Below are positions 46,943-60,307 of a stretch of DNA of 64,000 nt, one piece after another (within the stretch, counting starts at the first letter, position 1; every line of letters starts with the position of its first letter). The translations under genes were made by a program, and so were the position numbers. Below the pieces are notes generated by a model that worked only from the letters and a program-made list of their open reading frames with translations, ran no database searches and was not told where the DNA came from. Source of the stretch: the human T2T-CHM13v2.0 reference genome, Homo sapiens; NCBI RefSeq assembly GCF_009914755.1, contig NC_060930.1; one strand, written 5' to 3'.

Positions 46943-48868
46943 TAAAGAAAAATGTTATCAGGTGAAATACACACAAAAGATATTAAACTAAAAAACTAAG
47001 CCATGTTATCTTCAGATAGATGACTCAGTCAAGCTGTTATTAATGTAATCCTCTAGCCTCTTGGAATGGTGCTATAATTGAGGGAACTCAATCCAGAAAC
47101 AAATAATTTCAAAATTACTCAAATTTTAAATGTGCAATCTTCCAAATAGCATACAAGGAATGTATAAGCCTGAACACTACATAAAGTCCTTCTCTAAGCA
47201 ATCTACTTTCCTCCCATCAAAGTTGCCTATCAACTTTCCTTAAAGATTTTCCAGCTCATTCTACTCGAGTCCTATCCCAAGTGACCCTTTTTGTCTTTCC
47301 CATTTTTTTCCTGATAGTACATCACTACAGCATAAAATACCCACCTACACACCCCCTCAGAGGTTAAATAGATCAGGTGGTTCCAGGTGGTGGATAGTGG
47401 AGTAAATTAAATGCTATTAGTAACATGCATATATCCATAATTATTGTAACATTGTTATCAAAGTGCTCCACAAATTTTCTGATTATACATTTGAGAACTA
47501 AATCCATCCTTACTGATTTTCTCAAAAGATTTTTCCATTTTGTTTCTTAATATGTTGTGCTCTATCAACAAAGCAGAAAAACAACTAAATCCCTAAAATG
47601 AAAATGGAAAAAACTAATTGATTAAAATGAAGTGACTAAGATGTATTCCTTATTGCTGTGTCTCTTCATGCATATAAGAGGCTAAATGCATATTATAAAT
47701 AGAGGGTCCTTGAGTATCAAGAGAGCCTTCCTTAAAAACTATGAACTGAGACAAAGCAAAACATAGGACATCAAGAATTAACTTCATCAAGGAAAATGAT
47801 TAACAATATCCATCTTTCAACCAATGCATCAGTTTTGAGATTATAAAAAAACACTTTTGCACACATCCTTGGCATTCCCACAGTAACATTCAAGTGTCAG
47901 TGGATGATCCTTCCAGATGTCCTTCCAGAAGGTATCTGTACTTTCCTAGGGTGAACGACTAAAACTAAGAAAAGTCATTAAAATCTTAGTCCTGGAAAAT
48001 GTATCTTTGAAATTCTCCCTTCAGTTGATAGTGGCAGCAGTAGCAACAGCAGAGCCCTATTTATTGCAATGTGTCAACACAGCCCAGTTACTCTGAATGT
48101 AAAGTACTGTGTACAGCAGAGCTTGGCCCCACCACTGCTTTTAGGAAGCCCACTTTCTGTCAAGTGGGTTGCTTTTCTATTTTATTAGATGCAAACTAAG
48201 AAAAATCCTTGTTTTTATGGCCCCAAGAAGTTTGTGTGCATACTTCAGGTGCCTGATTTATATGTTTTTCTAACCAACTCCAAAAAGAAAATATGATCAT
48301 AGGTATTTTTTGTAAGTGTTGCAATGCCAGACTTTCTTCCAGCAAGTTGAAGCAATGGATGGCTAAGTCAGCCTTACCTTCTCAGTCTGTTTAGTCAGAA
48401 TGAGATCAATTGCCCCCATGCAGTTTTGAGCTCCTCGAAAAGGGCTTCTGTCTTATTCAATGTTGTATTTCAAGTATCTAACATATAATTAATTAGTGCT
48501 TAATATTTTTGAGCTGAATTTTTTTTATCCACATAGTAACAATGTAAAAGGCTTTCCTGGTACTTTCAGGAGTTACTCTGATAAGTTGGTGCCTAATAAT
48601 GTATATAACACTTGTGCCTTCCCATTTAATATACCATCAAATGAGATCTTAGAGTCAGTTGTATGAGATGAAAACACGACATACAGAATACCTTGGAGAT
48701 ATTTCAGGTTTGGTTCTAGACAACCGCAATAAAGTGAATGTTGCAATAAAGTTAGCAAGTCATGCAAATTTTTTGGTTTTCCAGTGCACATAAAAGTTAT
48801 GTTTATACTATGCTGTGGCGAATTCAGTATGCATTCACATTATGTCTAAAAAAAATGTACATGCCCTT

Positions 48869-51800
48869 GGTACTTACATAAAAACAGCCATAGATCAGTG
48901 GAACAGAATAGAGAACCCACAGATAAACCCATACATCTACAGTGAACTCATTTTTGACAGAGATGCCAAGAACACATACTGGGGAAAGAACAGTCTCTTC
49001 AATAAGTGTTGCTGGGAAAGTTGGATATCCATATACAGAAGAATAAAACTAGAGCCCTATCTTCACCATATACAAAAATCAAATCAAAATGGACAAAAGA
49101 CTTACATCTAAGACCTTAAACTATTAAACTACTAAAAGAAAACATTGGAGAAATTCTCCAGGACATTGGACTAGGCAAAGATTTCTTGAGTAATACCCCA
49201 CAAGCACAGGCAACCAAAGCAAAACTGGACAAATGAGATGACATCAAGTTAAAAAGGTCCTACACAGCAAAGGAAACAATCAGCAAAGTGAAGAGACAAC
49301 TCACAGAATGCCACAAAATATTTGCAAACTATCATCTGACAAGAGATTAACAACCAGATTATGTTAGAAACTTAAAAAACTCCAGAGGAAAAAATCTAAT
49401 AATCCTATTAAAAATGGGTACAAACTGAATAGATTTTTCTAAAAAGAAGACACACAAATGGCAAACAGAAATATGAAAAGGTGCACAACATCTGTGTTAG
49501 TCCATTTTCATGCTGCTGATAAAGACATACCCGAGACTGGGCAATTTACAAAAGAAACAGGTTTAATTGGACTTACAGTTCCATGTGGCTGGAGAAGCTT
49601 CACGGTCATGGCAGAAGGCAAGGAGAAGCATGTCACCTCTTACATGGATGGCATTAGGCAAAGAAAGAGAGCTTCTGCAGGGGAACTCCTCTTTTTAAAA
49701 CCATCAAATCTTGTGAGACATATTCACTAACACAAGAACAGCAAGGGAAAGACTTGCCACCATGATTCAATTACCTCCCACCAGGTCCCTCACACAATAT
49801 GTGAGAATTCAAGATGAGGTTTGGGTGGGGACACAGCCAAACCATATCATTCCACCCCTGACCCCTCCCAAATCTCATGTCCTCACATTTCAAAGCCAAT
49901 TATGCCTTCCCAACAGTCCTCCAAGGTCTGAACTCATTTCGGCATTGACTCAAAAGCCCACAGTTAGAAGTCTCATCTGAGACAAGGCAAGTCCCTTCCA
50001 CTTTTGAGTCTGCAAAATCAAAAGCAGGTTAGTTACTTCCTAGATACAGTGGGGTCACAGGCATTGGGTAAATACAGCCATTCCAAATGGGAGAAATTGG
50101 CCAAAACAGAGGGTCTACAGACCCCATGCAAGTCCAAAATCCAGCAGGGCAGTCAAATCTTAAAGCTCCAAAATGATCTCCTTTGACTCCATGTCTCACA
50201 TCCAGGTCACAGTGATGCAAAGGGTGGGTTCCCATGGTCTTGAGTAACGCTGCCCCTGTGGCTTTGCAGGGTACAGCCTCCCTTACAGCTGCTTTCACAG
50301 GCTGGCACTGAGTGTCTGCAGCTTTTCCAAGTGCACTATGCAAGCTGTCAGAGGATCTACCATTCTGGGGTCTGGAGGAAGGTGGCCCTCTTCTCAAAGC
50401 TCCACTAGGTGATGTCCCAGTAGGCACTCTGTGTGGGGGCTCCCACCCCACATTTCCCTTCCACACAGCCCCTGCCCCTACAGCAAACTTCTGCCTGGGC
50501 ATCCAGGCATTTCCACAAATCCTCTGAAATCTAGGCAAAGGTTCCCAAACCTCAGTTCCTGACTTCTGTGCATTCACAGGCTCAACACCACATGGAAGCT
50601 GCCAAGGCTTGAGGCTTGTGTTTTCTGAAGCCATGGCCTGAGCTCTACATTGGCACCTTTCAGCCATGGCTGGAGTGGCTGCGACACAGGGCACCAAGTC
50701 CCTAGGCTGCACACAGTTAGGGGACCCTGGGCCCGGCCCACAAAACCACTTTTTTCTCCTAGGCCTGTGATGGCAGGGGCTGCCACAAAGGTCTCTGACA
50801 TGCCCTGGAGACATTTTCTCCATTGTCTTGGGGATTAACATTTGGCTCCTCATTACTCAAGCAAATTTCTGCAGCTGGCTGACTTGAATTTCTCCTCAGA
50901 AAATGTGATTTTTCTTTCTATCACATTGTCAGGCTGCAAATGTTCTACTTTCCTTATAAAACTGAATACCTTTAACAGCACCCCAGTCACCCCTTGAATG
51001 CTTTGCCACTTCAAAATTTCTTCTGCCAGATACCCTAAATCATCTCTCTCAAGTTCAAAGTTCCACAGATCTCTAGGGCAGGGGCAAAATGCCACCATCT
51101 TTTTGCTAAAATATAACGAGAGTCACCTTTATTCCAGTTCCCAACAAGTTCCTCATTTCCATCTGAGACCACCTCAGCCTGGATGTTATTGTCCATATTG
51201 CTATCAGGCTTTTGTTCAAAGTCATTCAACAAGTCTCTAGGAAGTTCCAAACATTCCCACATTTTCCTGTCTTCTTCGGAGCCCTCCAAATTGTTCCAAC
51301 CTCTGCCTGTTACCCAGTTCAAAAGTCGCTTCCACATTTTTGGATCTTTTCAGCAGCACCCCACTCTGCTGATACCAATTTACTGTATTAGTCCATTTTC
51401 ATCCTGCTGATAAAGACATATCTGAGACTGGGCAATTTACAAAAGAAAGAGGGTTAATTGGACTTCCAGTTCCATGTGGCTGGGGAAGCCTCACAATCAT
51501 GGCAGAAGGCAAGGAAGAGCAAGTCCCATCTTACATGGATGGCAGCAGGCAAAGACAGAGAGAGAGCTTGTGCAGGGGAATTCCTCTTTTTAAAACCATC
51601 AGATCTTGTGAGACTTACTCGCTATCATGAGAAGAGCACAGGAAAGATTTGTTCCCATGATTCAATTATCTCCCACGAGGTCCCTCCCACAACACATGGG
51701 AGTTCAAGATCAGATTTGAATGGGGACACCGCCAAAACATATCAATATCATTGATCATCTGAGAAACACAAATCAAAGCTATAATGTGGTATCATCTCAC

Positions 51801-52627
51801 CCCAGTTAAAATAGCTTATATCCAAAAGCCAGGCAATAACAAATACTGGAACCCTTGTGCACCGTTGTTGAGAATGTGCATTAGTGAAACCATTATGGAG
51901 AACAGTTTGGAGGTTCCTCAAAAAACAAAAAATAGAGTGACCATATGATCCAGCAATCCCACTCCTAGGTGTATACCCAAAAGAAAGGAAATCAGTATAT
52001 CAAAGAGATATCTGAATTTCCATGTTTATTGAACAACTATTCACAATACCCAAGATTTGGAAGCAACCTAAGTGTCCAACAGATAACGAATGAAGAAAAT
52101 GTGGTACATATGACAATAGAGTACTATTCCGCCAGAAAAAAAGAATGAGATCCTGTCATTTGCAACAATATGAATGGAACTGGAGGTCATTATGTTAAGT
52201 AAAATAAGCTAGGCACAGAAAGACAAACTTCAAGTGTTCTCACTTATTTGTGGGAACTAAAAATTAAAACAATTGCACTCATGGAGATAGACAGAAGAAG
52301 GATAGCTACCAAAGGCTGGGAAGGGTAGTGGGAGTTGGCAGAAAAGTAGAGATGGTTAATGGGCACAAAAAAAAAATAGGAAGAATAAGACCTACTATTT
52401 GATAGCACAACAGGTGACTATAGTAAACATTAATTTAATTGTACATTTTTAAATAACTAAAAGAGTGTAATTGGGTTGTTTGTAACAAAAAAAAATGCTT
52501 GAGGTGATGAATACCCCATTTACTCTGATGTGATTACATATTGTATTCCTGTATCAAAATATCTCATGTACATATGTACATACATACCATACACCTATGT
52601 ACCCACAAAATTTAAAAATCAAAAAAA
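48869..52627 (+). mobile_element. L1MA (MA1-3-type) 3' part, split by THE1
   Basis: ORF2 remnant (IDQWNRIENPQINP) and L1MA2-like 3'UTR. Degenerate TSD aaaaaatg(ta)catgcc(c)tt. Confidence 0.85.
49493..51744 (-). mobile_element. Complete THE1 (A/B-type) provirus: LTR 51744-51384, internal 51383-49850, LTR 49849-49493
   Basis: Two direct LTRs with TG...CA ends, about 1.5-kb internal region, PPT-like caggggtggaa next to the 3' LTR, TSD acatc/atatc. Confidence 0.95.
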
Positions 52628-53495
52628 TGCATGCCTTAATTTAAAAATACTTTATTACTAAAAAGAAGGATTCAGAAGGTTGTAATCTTTTTGCTGGTAG
52701 AGGGACTTGCCTCCATGGGCATGGATCAAGTCTCCCCCAAGCAATTATAACACAAACAGCAAAGATTACTGATCACAGATCACTACAACAATATAATAAT
52801 AATAATACAATTAGAAATATTGTAAGAATTACCAATATGTAACAGACATGAAGTGACCACATGCTGTTGGAAAAATGGTGTCAACAGACTTACTGTAAGC
52901 AGAGTTGCCACAAACCCTCAATTCATTTGAAACACAGTATCTGTGAAGCACAATAAAGCAAACAGCAATAATGCAAAGTGTGCTCGTATTCTGTTTCTTC
53001 AACATTTTCTTTTGTTACTAATACCTTATACAATAAATGTATTTCTACCAGATAAACTTAAACTGTTCATAACTAGAGTTAGTATATAGTTCAATATCCA
53101 TAGTTCAATATTATTTGTATTATGTTTTATTCCTCTTGAGATCATAATTTTGAATAATGGGATTGAACGATGAGGATAAGATTGCTTCAAAGTAGTTCTT
53201 GACACTGTTGAAATTTTGCTTATTCCTTGCCTATTTTCTGCTATCTCAACACCTGGTGACCAGGGTGGCCTCTTATCAAAAAATAAACTGGTAGGGTCCT
53301 AATAAACTGAAAATAGTATAATTGCAAGCTCAATCTAAACTGGTAAACAACTGATAAGCAGTCTTGCAGTTGCTACCGAAAACTTAGGCTGATTCTCTAA
53401 TAAAATAAATACCCAGGAGGAAATAAAAAGCTTGCAGTGAGCTAAATCCCCAGAACGCATATGCTGAAAAGATTATTCCATGTTAAACACAATCA

Positions 53496-53668
<173 letters not shown>

Positions 53669-54302
53669 AATCAAGAGGACTCTATTTAGTTTATCTCAAG
53701 ATATTTCATCATAAGATCCCTCCTAGAATGCACATATTTGATAAATTTGTGACAGTATTAAAAATGAATACTCATACCATTTGGTATTGCAGATAATATA
53801 ATAAAAGTTTCTCATCAGCACACAGAACATATTCCAAGACTGACCACATGCTCAGCCATAAAGTGCATCTCAATAAACTCAAAAAAAATCAAAATTATAC
53901 TAACCATACTCTTGAACAGTGGAATTAAAATCAAAATCAATACCAAGAAGATATCTCAAAACCACACAATTATATGGAATTTAAACAACTTGTTCCGGAA
54001 TGACTTTTGGGTAAACAATAAAATTAAGGCAGAAATCAGAAAATTATTTAAAATAAATGAAAACAAAGACACAACATACTGAAATTTCTGGGATGCAGTA
54101 AAAGCACTGCTAAGATGAAAGTTTATGCCTTCCTCAAAAATGCCTTCCTCAAAAAGCTAGAAATATCTTGAATTAATAATGTATTATTATACCTAGAGGA
54201 ACTACAAAAACAAGAACAAACTAAACCCCAAGACTAGCAGAAGAAATAACTGAAATCAGAGTGAAACTGAATCAAATTGAGATGCAAAAATACATACGAA
54301 AT

Positions 54303-54782
<480 letters not shown>

Positions 54783-56865
54783 CTAGAAAATTTAGAGGAA
54801 ATTTAGAGAAAACACATAATCTCCCAAGATTGAATCATTAATACAATTAGGACAACACAATCTTCCAAGATTGAATCAGGAAGAAATTGAAACACTGAAC
54901 AGACCAATATCGAGTTACAAAATTGAATCACTAATAAAAAACCTATCAACCAATAAAAGTTTCCTACTAGATAGATTCATAGCTGAATTCTACCAGAAGT
55001 ACAAAGAAGACCTGGTACCAATTTTAATAAAACTATTCCGAAAAATCAAGAAGGAGAAACTCCTCCCTAACTCATTCTATGAAACCACCATCAACCTGAT
55101 ACCAAAACCTGGCAAAGACACAGCAACAAAAAAGGAAACTACAGGCCAATATCCCTGAAGAACATATACACAAAAATCTCCAACAAAATACTAGCAAACC
55201 AAATTCAAAAAACATATCGAAAAGTTACTTCACCACAATCAAGTAGGCTTCATTCCTAATATGGAAGGTTGGTTCAACATATGCAAATCAATAAATACAA
55301 TAAACCACATGAACAGAATTAAAATATATATAATCATCTCAATATATGCAGAAAAAGCTTTTGATGAAATTCAACATCCATGCATGATAAAAAAAAACCT
55401 TCAAGAAACTAGGCATCAAAGGAACATACCTCAAAATAATAAAAGCCATCTACATCAAACCCACAGCCAACATCATACTGAGTGGGCAAAAGCTGGAACA
55501 ATTCCCCTTGAGGTCTGCAACAAGAAATAGATGCCCACTCTCACCATTCCTATTAAGCATAGTACTGGAAGTGCTAGTCAGAGCAATCAGGTAAGAGAAA
55601 GAAATAAAGGACATTCAAATAGGAAAAGAAAAAGTCAAACTGTCTCTCTTTGCAGACAATATGATCCTATATCAAGAAAACCCTAAAGACTCTATCAAAA
55701 GGCTCCAGGAACCGATAACTTCGTAAAATTTCAGGATATAAAATCTATGTAAAAAATCAGTAATATTAGTAATACTTCTATACATCAGTAATGTTTGAGA
55801 GCCAAATCAAGAATGCAATCTCATTTACAATAGCTAAAAAAACAAAATAAAATACCTAGTAATACATGTAATCAAGGAAGTGAAATGTCTCTACAAGGAG
55901 AACTACAAAACACTGCTAAAAGTAATCACAGATAACATAAACAAATGGAAAAACATTCCGTGTTTATGGATTAAAAGAACCAATATCATTAAAATGGCCA
56001 TGCTGCCCAAAGCAATCTACAGATTCAACAGTATTCCTATCAAACTATCAACATCATTTTTTTACAGAACTAGAAGAAACATTCTAAAATTCGTATGGAA
56101 CCAAAAAGAACCCAAATAGCCAAAGCAATCCTAAGCAAAAAGAACAAAGCTGGAGGCATCACATTACCCAACTTCAAACTGTACCATCAGGATACAGTAA
56201 CCAAAACAGCATGGTACTGTAGAAAACCAGTCACATAGACCAGTGGAACAGCATAGAATACCCAGAAATAAAGCCACACACCTCCAGCCATCTGACCTTT
56301 GACAAAGTCAACAAAAATAAGCAGTGGGGAAAGGATTCCCTATTCAATAAATCATACTGGGATAGCTGACTACCCATATGCAGAAGAATGAAACTGCACT
56401 GCTACATTTTACCTTACACAAAAATTAACTCAAGATAGATTAAAGATTTAAATGTAAAACTTCAAACTATAAAAATCCTAGAAGAAAACCTAAGAGAAAT
56501 CAGTCTGGACATCAGCTTTGGGAAAGAATTTATGACTAAGTCCTCAAAAGCAATTGTAACAAAAACAAAAACATCCAAGTGGGACCTAATTAAACTAAAG
56601 AGCTTCTGCACAGCGAAAGAAACTATCAACAGAGTAAACAATTAACCTACAGAATGGGAGAAAATATTCACAAACTATGCATCTGACAAAGGTCTAATAT
56701 CCAGAATCTATAAGGAACTTAATTCAATAGGCAAAAACAACCCCATTAAAAAATGTACAAAAACATGAACAGAAATTTCGCAAAAAAAAGGCATACAAGC
56801 AGTTAACAAACATATGAATACAATGCTCCATATCACCAATCATCAGAGAAATGCAAACCAAAACC

Positions 56866-57000
56866 ATTACACATTAGGTAGAGTATACCGCTCGGGTGAT
56901 GGGTGCATCAAAATCTCAGAAATCACCACTAAATAACGTATTAACGTAACCAAACAACACCTGTTCACCCCAAACCTATTGAACTTACAAAAAAAAAAAA
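56866..57000 (+). mobile_element. Short L1PB/L1PREC-type 3' end nested in the older L1
   Basis: gctcgggtgatgggtgcatcaaaatctcagaaatcaccactaaa...aaacaacacctgttc followed by an A12 tail; host L1 resumes afterwards. Confidence 0.8.
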
Positions 57001-57228
57001 TGAAATACCATCTCACACCAGTCAGAATAGCTGTTATTAAAATGTAAAAAAACTTATGCTGATGAGGCTGTGTATAAAAGAGAATGTTTATACACTGTTG
57101 ATGGTAGTGTAAATTAGTTCAGCCACTGTGGAAAGCAGTTTGGATATTTCTCAAACAACTTAAAACAGAACTACCATGTAACCCAGCAATCCCATTATTG
57201 GGTATATATCCAAAAGAAAACAAATCCT

Positions 57229-57515
57229 TTGCTAGGCACAGTGGCTCATGCCTGTAATCCTGGCACTTTGAGAGGCTGAGGTGGGAGGATTGCTTGAGCC
57301 CAGGAGTTTGAGACTAGCCTGGCAAAGATAGACCCAGTCTCTACAAAAAAATTAACAAAAATTAGCCAAGCATCATGGCACACGCCTGTAGTCTCAGCTA
57401 CTTGGGAGGCTGAGGTAGGAGGATTGCTTGAACCTAAGAAGTCAAGGCTGCAGTGAGCCGTGATTGTATCACTGCATTCCAGCCTGGGGTAATAAAGTGA
57501 GACCCTCTCAAAAAT
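57229..57515 (+). mobile_element. AluJ inside L1
   Basis: ggaggattgcttgagcccaggag in the left arm and gtcaaggctgcagtgagccgtgat in the right arm. Confidence 0.92.
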
Positions 57516-57581
57516 GAAAAGAAAAGGAAAGGAAAGGAAAGAAAAGAAAAGAGAGAGAGAGAAAGAGAGAAAGAAAGAAAG

Positions 57582-57644
<63 letters not shown>

Positions 57645-57680
57645 GAAAGAAAGAAAGAAAGGAAGAAAGGAGGAAAGGAG
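57516..57680 (+). repeat. (GAAA)n/(GA)n compound polypurine microsatellite (expanded Alu tail)
   Basis: Read directly. Confidence 0.96.
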
Positions 57681-60172
57681 ATGCATGCACTTGCATGTTT
57701 ATGGCAGCAGTATTCACAACAGCAAAGACATGGAATCAACCTAAGTGCCCATCGATGGTGGATTGGATGAAGAAAATGTTGTGCATATACACCATGGAAT
57801 ACTATGCAGCCATAATAAGGAATGAAATAATGTCCTTTGCAGGGACATGGGTGTACCTGGAGGCCATTATCCAAAGCAAATTAATGCAGGAAACAGAAAA
57901 CCAAATACCATGTGTTCTCACTAATAACTAGGATCTAAACAATGGGCACTCATAGACATAAAGATGGCAATAATAGAAACTGGGGAATGCTAGAGGACAG
58001 AGGGAGGAAGGAAAAGAAAGGCTGAAAAACAAACTACGCTCTGTACCTGGTTGACGGTATTATTTGTTCCCTGAATCTCAGCATCACACAATATATCCAG
58101 GCAACAAACGTACACATGTACCCCCTGAAACTAAAATAAAAGTATTTTTCTAAAAAAGTAAAAAAGGTCCATGAAGGCAATGAATATCTGCAACACTGGA
58201 AATTTTTGTGATGATATAATGTGAAATTCACCTCTAAGTGAAATTCTCAGGGAAGTCTTTCAAAGGTCTATTGGTTGAAGTCAATTTTAATATTTTTCCA
58301 CTAAATAGCTCATGAAAGTTACTTAGCTAGTAGGACTGTACTGTTCTTTGAATCACAGGAGTTAAGGAGAAATACCTAACAGAAAGGCTGCTGTGATATG
58401 CAATGCAAGCTCTTGCCATAGGGTCAAATTCATATAGGTAATGCAGTCTCAATTCTGACTAACCATGTCCTGCGCAAGGCCAAGTTACATCAAATCATTG
58501 CTCTTCCAACAGGATAATGGACATACAATGTAGTGTTTCTAAAAGAAACACTCAAAACTATCTTTTGAAAGAGCATGTACCGTTTAAAATACTTGCTGTT
58601 AATGACCAAAAACTGCAGTGGTACTACACAGTAAGAGATAACTTTGATTCTAACGATAAAGTTCAGGAACTAAGATATATCAAAAGTGCCAAGATAAATT
58701 GCCTTAATATTCTGCAATATCCACATAAATGACCATGAATACTAGAGAAGTCAAAGGCACTGTTGCTAAACATTTTTTAAATAAAAATCAAATAACATCT
58801 TCTCCTACTGTTGCTAGACCACCAAGGTTGATAAGGCTAAAGTCTGTGGGACGAATGTACTATAAAGAATCTTCATGAAGAATCTTCCAGGTTATATGCT
58901 ACAAAAGCCTTTTGAATAAAAGAAGATTTGTACGAGTCTGAATCAAACGCAAAACAATAGCTGAAATATGAGACATTTTTATTAGTTTTCCTAAATCATT
59001 TCAGCACTTAGCGCAGAGCCTAAAATATATGCAGCATTTAATATTAGTTTAGTTGATTTGAAATTTATCTGGTAACCAGCATCCAATCAGTTATTAAATT
59101 TATTCACCTGAAAGATTGACATTTATTTTCCCATTGAAGAGAAATAACAGAAAAGTCACTAAAATATTTAAACACAGATTTGTTGAACCATTCACACATA
59201 TAAGGTGGACTACACAAGTCATGCTAGCATCTAATTCTAGTAGGAAGTAAGAATTTCATGGAGTCTACATGTGGATTGTGAACAAAGCATTTGAGAAACT
59301 TTAGTGGCTTACAGGTTAGTCTAGTGACCCAAAATTGGTGCAGATGATAAAGATTTCAAAATTGAGGGGCACTTTACATGTGTCATTTTGAATCTAAACA
59401 TGAAAATTGAGTCTAACATGTCAATTTGATCTAAACATGAAGTTTTGAGTGTTGGTCAATATTCCACACTGATTCTCCAAGACCATTCTGGGGGAAGAAC
59501 TTTATACTAATGTAGACTCTTTTTTTTCAACCAAACTAGCTTGAAGTGTTTCTAATTTCAGCATTTTTTTTTCTGAAAACAGGTCTAAATTTATTCCCTT
59601 AAGATTGGAATCTTACCATGTGTCTCATTAATTCCAGGAAAATGCTCATGTTCACACTGAATGAATAGAGTAGAATATTCTGGATGTGTCCAGCTAGACA
59701 GAGTTTGCCAGGCTTATCACTTCTTAAAATGGCACTCTGTTTTCATGTCTGGGAGTCATTCCTGCTGATTAACTGGGGAGGCAGTATATCTTTGCTTGCA
59801 TTTCCAATTGTAATTACATGGCAAACAAAAATAGATTCTGGTTAGTCTGTCTTACACATTTGCTTTTGCCAAAAGGTTTTCCTCTGGTATGGTGCTGAAG
59901 TCAGTACTCCTCTTGTACTCTCAACTTCTGTTTGGAGTGGCCCACTCACATGCAGTATTGTTGAGAAGTATTAAATTTGTTAAAGATGTCAACAAAAAAA
60001 TGAAAAGAAGAATTTATACAGCACATTTCATGGCAAACAACCTTAAATCCCCCTTTTCTCCAAAGACTCCACTACTTTAACAGCAGTTATACTCAACCTG
60101 TCTGTCTGCCCTCTCCTCAACTTTGTCAAAACAAACTCTGCCCCTAAACTCATATTTCACTCATTTCCATGT

Positions 60173-60307
60173 AGAGGGAGGGAAGGAAGGAAGGAAGGAA
60201 GGAAGGGAGGGAGGGAGGGAGGGAGGGAGGGAGGGAGGGAGGGAGGGGAGGGGAAGGGAGGGGGAAGGGGGGGAAAGACAGAGGGAGAGAAGAAGGGAAG
60301 AAAGAAA
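60173..60307 (+). repeat. (GGAA)n-(GGGA)n polypurine tract
   Basis: Read directly; purine-only except one C. Confidence 0.95.

Larger units (their letters stand above)
48684..52986 (-). mobile_element. Internally deleted Tigger1 (pieces about 48684-48868 and 52621-52986) split by L1
   Basis: cagaataccttggagatattt...ccagtgcacataaaagttatg at left; gttgccacaaaccctcaatt...tatctgtgaagcacaataaagc at right. TA at both ends. Confidence 0.85.

Noticed and set aside
57246-57931. F/L/S- and K/E/R-rich ORFs
   Set aside because: Translations of the (GAAA)n repeat, the Alu and the L1 C-terminal remnant.
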